Source of the DNA: Tubulanus polymorphus
Taxonomy: Eukaryota; Animalia; Nemertea
Length of the DNA: 64,000 nt
Direction of reading: 5' to 3'
Assembly (NCBI RefSeq): GCF_964204645.1
Contig: NC_134032.1
Coordinates: 12,326,275-12,390,274 of the forward strand
Part shown: piece after piece, positions 40,401 through 64,000 of the stretch
Position numbering within the stretch: position 1 is the first letter of the stretch
How the letters are laid out: each line of letters opens with the position of its first letter
Notes under the pieces: model-generated
Seen by the model: the letters and a program-made list of their open reading frames with translations, nothing else
Told to the model about the DNA's origin: nothing
Databases searched by the model: none
Program-made: the position numbers and the translations under genes

Positions 40401-40911
40401 CCCTACTACTGCGGCAATAGAGGATCTCACGTGCAGCATGCGGCAAGTGAGGATCCACCAGGTGCGCTAGTGTGCAGTAGAACATGAACTACTGTGGCAA
40501 TAGAGGATCCCACTTGTGGCAAGTGAGGATCCACCAGGTGCACGAGTTTGCAGTAGGACACACACTTTATACCGCTTGAGTTTGAATTTATCATGAATGA
40601 CACCAATATCTTAAAACGGAATCATTTTCTTCTACGAACTGTAATTTTTCACGACGATATTTATTTTTTTCAGTGGATTCTGTATCGAGATTGGATCGGC
40701 TTTAACGGTGTTGGTCGCGTCGAATATCGGCATACCGGTGTCGACGACTCATTGTAAAGTCGGCTCCGTCGTGACGGTCGGTCGTCTGCGATCGTCGGGG
40801 AATGTCGACTGGAAACTCTTCCGCAATATCATATTTGCGTGGGTCGTGACTTTACCGGTGAGCGGAGGAATCAGCGCCGGCGTTTTCGCCGGATTACGTA
40901 TGCTCGTATAA
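25451..40911 (+). CDS. SLC20A1: Sodium-dependent phosphate transporter, SLC20/PiT (PHO4) family, ~605 aa, 12 coding exons
   Basis: Exons 25451-25736, 27317-27418, 29882-30022, 36209-36294, 36949-37045, 37284-37403, 38254-38472, 38954-39133, 39357-39397, 39526-39647, 40097-40282, 40674-40911 join in frame. PiT signatures present: [72 protein letters not shown]. Co-orthologue of SLC20A1/2. Confidence 0.96.
26470..26965 (+). repeat. ~165-bp tandem repeat x3, dispersed family
   Basis: gaaactaagatcg unit starts at ~26480, 26641 and 26812. Related copies at ~29520-29640, 58430-59030 and 60200-60300. Confidence 0.8.
27485..27975 (-). repeat. ~75-bp tandem array with tRNA B-box-like motif
   Basis: Unit catgagactgtcacagtacaaacc...ctccctcacagagatttgaacctgat, about 6 copies. 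The minus strand reads GGTTCAAATC. Confidence 0.75.
28443..28667 (+). repeat. 75-bp tandem repeat x3 (near-identical)
   Basis: ggtaatttgtcatggcg...ttttaccgaatacc occurs three times. Confidence 0.95.
31269..31526. mobile_element. Kolobok-like MITE
   Basis: TTAA|AGGCCGACTT...AAGTTGGCCT|TTAA: TTAA target duplication with purine-purine termini. Confidence 0.65.
33110..33504 (+). repeat. 38-bp minisatellite x~10
   Basis: The unit caagtgttagatttaagaacagggcctagtcaggagcc repeats without spacers. Confidence 0.95.
37950..38130. mobile_element. Second Penelope-like family: inverted pair of degenerate hammerhead motifs plus tail
   Basis: 38014-38057 reads TTCT-gTGATGA-T-GGAGTTT-agtca-AAACTTT-GAAAC-T-GTC-AGAA, with an inverted copy at 37950-37992. 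Homologous to 7564-7618 plus 7903-7970. Confidence 0.55.
40305..40558 (+). repeat. Compound tandem repeat (gaggatcc subunits, ~135-bp higher order)
   Basis: The block tagtgtgcagtagaacatgaactactgtggcaatagaggat..cacttgtggcaagtgaggatcca is duplicated. Confidence 0.75.
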
Positions 40912-42305
40912 CACCCACCCCCCTCACCTATCTTATACTTAATGGTAGCTTCCGTAGACCGATCGGTTCATTCCATGAGTAGGGGCGTTATTAAGAATAC
41001 CATCGATTAGTGATCTCTCGTTCGCTTGAGTCACTGAATACATCATATCAGTGAAATGTATCTAGTAATTAATGTGATATCTTAGATTCTCCGTTGAAAT
41101 GGGTAACGCTATATTCTCCGCGACGACGATGGATGGATATATCGCTATAAGCCGGCTGTTGGACTATCTCTCGTTTGTTCTTTAGCGCTCAACGATCGAG
41201 TGGGGAGAAAAAACTCATGTGCTACGATTCTAAGCGCAACAATCTACTTGACCTAACGATACTCAATTTAGACTGGTTTCCAGTCTGTTTGCTTCCATTG
41301 GACTGGTTTCCAGTCGTCGGTCCATCTGCTTCATATGGACTAGTTGCCAGTTCATTTATGTTGGCATGGAATAGACTAGTTGCCACTTAACAAATCTAAA
41401 CGTCAACAGGCATTTGTGTCTTTGGAGGAAAAGAACTTATATTATAGCATTTGAACTGTAAATAAGGTAAGATGTACATCGAGACATCTAGACACCATGG
41501 AAGTTGGATACCTAGTTGACCGGATGTCGTGGAGTCGGAGCCTACAGCGTAATCTGAATTTAGAATTTCGCCAGATCTGCTGCAAAACAAACTTGTGATC
41601 ACAAGTGTGATATGAAATTCTTTTTCGTTGGACGGACTGATGGAACCCAAGAATCACTGCTCAATAGTTTCGCGATTTGCGAAAAAATGTAAAAAAGAAA
41701 AAAAACATGACAAACGATGCAACAAAAACGATACCTAATGCGTAGAATTTGTCTGTAGAATGAACATCTTTGTAAAAATTTAGGTTTCATGAAATATTTT
41801 GTAGATTGTTCTATTATTTTCAGTACGACATCAGCTGCTTGCTTATTGCAAGCATGAGGGGGGCAGAAATCGGGGGTCAGGAGTAGCAGCGGTAAAAAAC
41901 AAAAGACAACAACTTTTATTTGTATGTGAAAATCATTGTCATCGACCGATATTGAGAAAAAAAATGGTTTTAGCTCAGAGAACAAGCTTTAAGCAATCTA
42001 TAGGTATAAATAGAATTATCATAATTAATGATTATTATAATAATTGATGATAATGGAGTATAAATAGTGTGAAAAAAAAATGATAAGGATTTGTAAATAT
42101 AGGTATATATTTTGTACATAGCTTTAAAACGATGAAAATATTTTTGCAGTGCGCGAGAGACCACTACAAGCTAAAGATGTAGTTATTATTATTGAGCTTC
42201 AGGCCAGTGGACAATGTGTTAAAAACCAGACATAATTTATATTTAGTACATTGAACTTTTTTGTTCGAGGTCAGTTCAATTTGAAGTCACAAATCATGTG
42301 GAACT

Positions 42306-42483
42306 AAAGTCAACCCCCGATTAACTACCCTCCCATTTACCGCCATCCACACCTACCGCCAGGTTTTCCCGATGTACATCATTGTACAAGTACATAGTAA
42401 AACACCCCCGATATACCGCCATACTCTCTTCATGCCAAAATCTTTCTGCACCGATGTGGGCTGTGTATCGGGGGTTGACTGTA
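42306..42483. mobile_element. Tc1/mariner-pogo-like MITE
   Basis: Inverted ends agtcaacccccgat ... atcgggggttgactg|ta. Confidence 0.55.
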
Positions 42484-45249
42484 TGTTGTCATGAAGTTGT
42501 GAAAGTTATCGAGTGGTTTGATTAATTATAACTCAGGGCCTGGTTTGTAGATGAAGGCCTGGTTTCATTAGGCTGGGGTGTATTAAAAGCTGATTCCGTA
42601 GATATTTGTTGGAAGTTGTTGCCTTCACCATGATTTGACTTGTCCTCACACATTGTATACCTTAACACCATTCTTCCAAAATCTATTTCACAAGCATTTA
42701 GCACTTCTCTAGAGACATTTTTGATTGCTTATGAACTACAACTATCAGACATTAGATATTTTATCAGCACACTTTCAGAAACTGGGCATCTACACTTCAC
42801 ATGTGTTCAGGATTTCATGAACTACAAACACCAGATATTTTATCAGCACACTTTAAAAAACTGTTAGTCATGACTAAGTGCAGCAAATTCTGGATGACTG
42901 AGGTAGTGGTTCCAAGGATTTATCAATCCCACAGTCAATGAAACTGGCTGCTTAAAAACCGTGATCTGAAAAAGGGCTTAGAATAACAAATGTGTGACAT
43001 TGAATACTTACCGTCTATAGGAGAAAGGGCTGTTACAAATAATTTAATAGATATTATCAATATTTATTCAGGTGAATGAAAATAATCAATAGCGTTAATT
43101 GAATTTTCTATGAAAAAGCTGAAAAGGCGGGTTAGTAAAAACATAACTGTAGAAATTTTCCGATTATAAGGTTAACCAGTGTTGGCGCCCACTGTTCTCC
43201 ATATGCTGGAATTTTAAGGGGCTGTTTTACGACATGATAGCTGCTGTAGTAGTAAGGCTTTCGATACCCCGAAAGTACAGATAATTAAGCTAAATTTTGG
43301 TGCCATCTTCCATTTGTCACATTAGCTCAATATATTTCAAAGCAATTATCAGCGTTGATAGAATATTAACATCCATTCTGATAGGGGCAGCAGATATTCT
43401 CTATAAGGGATCGCTGATTTTCAGATGGGTGGATGCTAATATAGAAGTCTCGGCCGCCCCTCTAAAGCATGTTGTGGGGAACACTGGGGGCCTGACTTGC
43501 ATAGAATTTTTACCTGTTTAAAAACGTGAGCAAGGGAGCCTACGGTATTAAACAATATTACTTCAACATAATCAGCTTTACGAATTATACCTAATTATTT
43601 ACATTGTATTAAGGAAGCTCTTAAGTCAAATTTACCTCTCATTACAAATTTTAATTTTACTACCTTTCTATCGAGGGCCTGGAGCTTTAGAAAAAAATGT
43701 TTGCCATTTTGTGTTGAATTGAATTAATTTTTGCTGTATACAATTAATAGATGTTTTAATAGGCAATTATTTTCTTGCGATTGTCAACTAACTAAAAAAT
43801 GTAAGTGGATAAAGATGAAATGAATATAATGAGTAAATATTGAAAAAAAATATAATGTGACTCTGTGTTTCTATGATTTCTGGATTGGGAAAATGTACGG
43901 CGAAAAACAAAATAAAAACTTCAAAACTTTTACATAAAAAAGGTTTTATTTGATTTTTTTTGTGGCTTTCCCTCAGATGAATTATTCGGATTACCACTGA
44001 CTTCAATTAGCTGGAAAATCTGTTGTCATTTAGGAAAACGGATTCTGGTTCATGAGGACATGAAGATTTTTTATGGGCTGGCTGGCCGGAAGGAAATTGT
44101 GGAATTATTTGGGCTAGGGCCCCACTGTTTCAAGATCAAGCACAGGGACTAATGATACTAGTATCAATAACCAGCCCCAGTAGCCCTTAGTCTGAGTACC
44201 AGTCATTGTTACGGTTCCCTACAACGGCTAGGTACTAGACTACAGTAGCCCTGTAATGATTTTTTATTAGATAGGTATACTGACGTTGGTCATTGATACT
44301 GATTGAATTATTAATTCACTATCAATTGTGATAAGTTCGGTGTGATCAAGTAACAGGACAATTTCCAATAAAATTCTGATTAAAATGCTAATAGTGTAAG
44401 AGATTGTCGTTAAGTGTAGTGGCGCTATCATACGGTATTGACTTATGCTCCAAACCAGCCACCTGTGGCAAGTGAATAAGTTCGACTGCTTTCCCATTTT
44501 TGCCGTCGTCCCTGAACCAATTAATGAGAAAAGTGCGATAAAGGTTTGTTTCAGAGGTAATATAAGTCCCCTTAGAAAAAAAGTATCTTTTCCTGAAAAA
44601 AAAATAATTGCTTTATCATATAACCTCTATCAAATTGAGCTGTAGTGTAGTCTGAATACCAGTCGTTGTTACGGTTCACTACTAAGCTGGTAGTCCATTC
44701 AAATCAATGGACGAGACCTGTTTTCTGGGATATTTTGCTTACTTCTAAATTTTGGCCTGGCTTGGGCTGGGGTTCTAAACAACAGGTCTCCAACCATTCA
44801 TAAAAATGAATATTTATTCAGTGCTGCCAATAAATAATGCTCCCAGAACAAGTTAGTTAAAGTACGGTATTGGCAGCCACAGGCTCTCGACTCTCCGATG
44901 ATAGGCTGCCTTGGGATATTGTCCAAATTTTGGGCACCTTGACATGCTGACGAGGGCAAGAAAAGACCCTGTTTGTCCTTAAATTTTCTGTGGAGGGTTA
45001 CCTGAACCCCTATCAATGGTTCGCCTGCAGCCCTCACTTTGCAAAATCTGCCCCTTTCAAATTACGTGCCCATTCCAATTTTCAGGTCTACCCCTTTAAG
45101 AAATCCTAGCTAGGTCCGGCTTTTTTACAACTACACTTTCGGTCTCTTTCAGATTTAAATGCTTTAGAATAGGAAGGAAGGAAGAGGTGAATTTAGGAGG
45201 CAGAGATGTCCTGAAGGCGAAAATTCAAATAGAATCAATTGAGTGAAAG

Positions 45250-45612
45250 ATGGGAAAACCGAAAAGTTCATATATCGCCGGGCGTGAAAGTTTCCAGCGG
45301 ATAAATTACTTGTTTCAATGCGCCATGGAAACTCTGAAATCAAACCCGCGCAACGTCGAACTGGTTCGGTTCTATTGTAAGGCTTTGAAAACGGTCGCTA
45401 GGAAACAGGTGTTAAAACTCGATCCGACGATTAAACGAAAGATATGTCGTCGATGCGACGTATTATTGTTGCCGGGGGTGACGTGTTGTCAACGTACGCG
45501 GATGAAATCGCGTGTAGTTACGTGCACGGAATGCGGTGATAGCAGACGATATCCGTACAATAAACAACAGAAACTGTGGTGCGAACAGAAACAAGCGTGG
45601 ACTGATACGTAA
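45250..45612 (+). CDS. RPP21: Ribonuclease P protein subunit p21 (Rpr2/Rpp21), 120 aa, intronless CDS
   Basis: RESFQRINYLFQ, RFYC, LDPTIKRKICRRCDVLLLPGVTC and VVTCTEC (CxxC...CxxC zinc ribbon) match Rpp21. Possible 5'UTR intron from donor 44544 to acceptor 45152. Confidence 0.93.
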   Translation: MGKPKSSYIAGRESFQRINYLFQCAMETLKSNPRNVELVRFYCKALKTVARKQVLKLDPTIKRKICRRCDVLLLPGVTCCQRTRMKSRVVTCTECGDSRRYPYNKQQKLWCEQKQAWTDT

Positions 45613-46219
45613 CCCTCGCCCGGTTTCTATATGGTCAACATTTTGATTTGTAATCAATTTGTTGTTTATTTTATAATCAGTAATCAGTATTTTACGACAC
45701 GTAACCAGCGCTGTTCTTTGGTCAAAAATTTGAAGTCGTTGAAAGTTACATTTTAGCCTAAAGGTTAAGTACTAAAGTAGTGGCTTTTCGGTAATTGTCA
45801 ATCGACAATTTGTAACGTTTTCAATTACGATTCTTGTCGAATGAGAGTGGGCGCGATGGAAAGATTTTAACACAAACGCCACGACGGGTCTCCCTAAATA
45901 TGGGTCTCCCTCGTATTAGTCCATGCCAGTCACTTAATTTTATTCATTGTTGTACTGTGGTAGTGTCGCCATTCTAAAAGCAAAAGTGAAATATTTAGGA
46001 GGTCAGAAGAGCAGAGTACTTTCATGTTTTTTCAAAATTTTTGAATTTTCACAAATAAAAGGTTTTCGGGTTATTGTAACAAATCGTTTTGTCTATTTTG
46101 AACTTGCTGAAGTCTTTTATATAACTACCAGGAAATTTCAAAAGCAGGCATTCACAGTAAAACTCAGGGCCCAGTTCCAGAATGCGGGATTCGAACCACT
46201 CTGAAGATATAAGTTGCAT

Positions 46220-46646
46220 CATCCGAGGATTTCTCTTACGTCACTCCGGTTCTCCTCTAACCAAAATGACGTCACCGGGAGAATCGGCGATCGATGACGT
46301 CCCCCGAGGATTCCACCACAGGCACGACGTCATTCGAGGATTTCCCCAGGTTCCTACTCGAGATGACGTCATCTAGGCTTGATATTTTCCCACAATGCCC
46401 CTCCATTAACAAGATGTCTGATCGCCATGTTGTGAGAGAATGAAGATCGTTGCATGAATTTTATCCGTAATCATCGTGGTACGTAGCCATCAAGTCATCG
46501 ATTTTCTGTTCGTTTAAGCAGACTACGTTACTAACGCGTATTTAAGACATAATTCGGGCCTGATTGCAAGTCACCTCCGGTCGGAATTTTGCCTTTTTTC
46601 GGACGATTTACGCTGCGTAGCTGCAGAATTCTATTATACTGATCAG
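46220..46646 (+). promoter_or_regulatory. Putative pumilio main promoter (CRE cluster) and non-coding first exon
   Basis: Five CRE/CRE-like octamers at 46236, 46267, 46295, 46325, 46364. YY1-like CGCCATGTT near 46423. Candidate donor CAG|GTTTCG at 46646. Confidence 0.6.
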
Positions 46647-47698
46647 GTTTCGTATTTTGCATTAATATTATAACTACGTCATTGTCCACCTCTAAATATC
46701 ACTCGTGCAGTCAGTTCAGAATGGATAATGTTTCCTGGGGTGAATATTCTTGCAGTATTTCAATTCCCCTGACCTGAGTAGGCCATGGCATTATTATTGT
46801 GTAAACACAGTTTATGTAATTTTTTGTGGACAATCGAGTCATCTTAGCTTTGGCAAGGCAAGCCAATGGCTATCAAACTTTCTCTTACTTTGAGATCAGT
46901 ATTGATATCTTTTCCATTTACAACACAATTGCCTCTATTCGGGCGGAGGTCTGGAACAAGTGTCGTGGATATTGCGAAAGATACGCACATTTCTGATTTC
47001 CCTTTTGGCCCCGTCGTGAATTTTCATTTAAAAAAATGAATTATTCATAAATTGCTTGCAATATATATAGTTAATTTATTGTCGGGGGAGACACATGTTT
47101 CATTTGTCATTTCATTTTTATGTTGTTAAACAGTGACAGATGTTCTTTTTTCTTGTAAGAACCAAAAGATGATTGATTTATTTCTGAAACATTTCCGCAC
47201 CATTTCATTAACCTTTCACTACTGAAGGGTATATGCATCCGATGGGCTGATTCAAGGGGTGGGTTTGGGCATCAGGATGCACTGCCTTTCCATCGAAGAT
47301 ATATATCGTTGAAATCGTTAGTATCTATTGAATTTGATTCTCGTCTCCTTGGAAATTGCATCTTTCTGGATGGGCTAATTTCTAAACCCCGATGACTTCT
47401 GGTTTTTAGCTTAGCTTCTTTATCCTCACCGTTACACTATTATTTAAGATCCCACCTTCAATTTTCCTAGATCAGCCACGGTTTCACTGGGTAAGTAATA
47501 AGTATTAAGTGAAAGGGTTTGTGATGGTTTTGATATACCCTCATCAGTGATGTTAGATTTCGTTTCTTGTGGCCAGATTTAATTACTTGATCGCGTCATA
47601 GTTAGGTTTTACACATTTTACAGTATCAGCCATCTAAAAATAAAGTCGCATCTACGACGACCGTGGTGACTAAATTTCGGAACCAACTGACTAACATT

Positions 47699-47949
47699 TA
47701 GACGAGAAGATACACAATATCCGTGTATGATGATGACGAGAGAAATCCCACAATAACGAAGCCAAGATTGAAAAATTCTATATCAGAATGATTGTATTTG
47801 AGGAGCGACGTTTCGGCTAACAACTGTAACCCATCATCAGTACCCCTGATGATGGCTAACAGTTGTTAGCCGAAACGTCACTCCTCAAATACAATCATTC
47901 TGATATAGAATTTTTCAATCTTGGCTTCGTTATTGTGGGATTTCTCTCG
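47699..47949. mobile_element. Penelope-like element remnant: 104-bp inverted repeat with minimal hammerhead ribozyme motif
   Basis: Arms at 47737-47840 and 47846-47949 are near-perfectly inverted. They contain CTGATGA-T-GGCTAAC-agtt-GTTAGCC-GAAAC-GTC (47846-47879). Flanking direct repeat GACTAACATT at 47689-47698 and 47949-47958. Confidence 0.75.
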
Positions 47950-48159
47950 ACTAACATTCAGGTTTCACTTAGTTCGTAAACAGTCGACTAACTCCGATAA
48001 CTGAAAATGTCCATGACCCAGTTCCACAGTTCTGAGTTAACTCATGAACGCACTAGTGTGGAGGCGCACCCAGGATTTCAATCAAGCAGTTAGGGTTTAA
48101 TTCACGTGTTATCTGTAACTATGTTGTAGATGTGTTTGTGATGGTATGATGCTATATCG

Positions 48160-62925
<14,766 letters not shown>

Positions 62926-63089
62926 GTAAGTATCTGTTAACCGATTAACCCTGTCAAACTCGAGGCTTAGAATTAAGGCCAGTTTTTATTCGATAGCCGA
63001 TCTAACAACTTTAAGACTAGTCTTTAAAATTTTCCATTGCTATTCGATTTTAAGACCTCGGCCAGTTCCGTTGGTCGCCTTTAAATTTG

Positions 63090-63911
63090 AATCAATGGTT
63101 ATTGAATCAGTCATATTGAATCAATACTTAAAATGAGTTAATACGTAGTCAGGCGTTATACCCGGAACCTGTGGAGCTGGCTTCAGTCTTCATTAAACCA
63201 CATGAGTTCCCTTGAATACGTTGTTATGTATATAAGCTGCAACTGGGTCAGTGCAGTCCGGTTATTCAGTCGAACTGTTCTACAAATCAGGCTTGTGGAG
63301 TGTAACTGCCGAGTTAGCTTAAACTATTGTTGAATTTGCTTGAACTACAGTTGAATTGACCTCAGTTTAAATGGAAAATTAATTCCACAGCGTGGTGTAG
63401 GGCCGAATTTGATTTTAAAACCTAAAGCTGTTTTCTTTGGTATGATGACAATTTGATCAGTTATACAGAGCCATCTATTGGCGATGAAAGTATAGTATTC
63501 GTACTGTCTGACCATAAGACCGATACATCAATGGTTATTGAATCAGTTAACTTTCAATTAATTCATGTAAAATCTTACTTGGAAGTGTAGAGCTGGCTTC
63601 AGTCTTCATAAAACCACCTGAGTCTTGAATACCTTGTTATGTATGTAAGCTACAACTGGGTCAGTTCAATCTAATTGGTCAGTCCAACAGTTCTGTGGAT
63701 TAGACCAGAGTAAACTTAAATTACTGTTGAATTGACCTGAGTTTAATAGGAAAATTAACTGGTTGCTCCCAGCGCGTAGGTCGGAATTTTAATTTTAAAA
63801 CCCAAAACTGTTATGTTTGGTATGATGACAATTTGATCAGTTATACAGAGCCATCTATTGGCGATGAAAGTATAGTATTCGTACTGTCTGACCATGTGAC
63901 CGATACATCAA
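63090..63911 (+). repeat. ~400-440-bp diverged tandem duplication
   Basis: tcaatggttattgaatcag...gaccgatacatca occurs twice, with the junction at ~63530. Confidence 0.85.
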
Positions 63912-64000
63912 CATACAAAATAGATAAAATGTATCTTAAACATCTTGAGTCGAAAATCATGGACATCAGTTTAGATAGTTAACCTGAACGAACCAAACAA

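Overview
AT-rich eukaryotic (invertebrate animal, probably bilaterian) genomic DNA, not prokaryotic. Six intron-containing or single-exon genes can be reconstructed by hand from GT-AG boundaries and recognisable protein similarity: SNRNP25 (+, 5 coding exons), TBCEL (-, 8 exons, with a large acidic/Ser-rich insertion), clathrin light chain (+, head-to-head with TBCEL, with microexons), an SLC20/PiT phosphate transporter (+, 12 exons), an intronless RPP21 (+), and the 5' part of a pumilio gene (+, runs off the window end). Introns carry many non-autonomous elements: piggyBac-, IS3EU-, Harbinger- and Kolobok-like MITEs, a tRNA-derived SINE, Penelope-type inverted repeats with minimal hammerhead ribozyme motifs, and minisatellites. 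The most unusual region is the pumilio locus. It has a phased CRE array at the promoter, dense uORFs, and a candidate internal TATA+Inr promoter with in-frame alternative exons in the 11-kb intron. It also has a chimeric, templated copy of that internal promoter sitting inside a long (TA)n tract. Family assignments come from my recall of the protein and element families; no searches were run.
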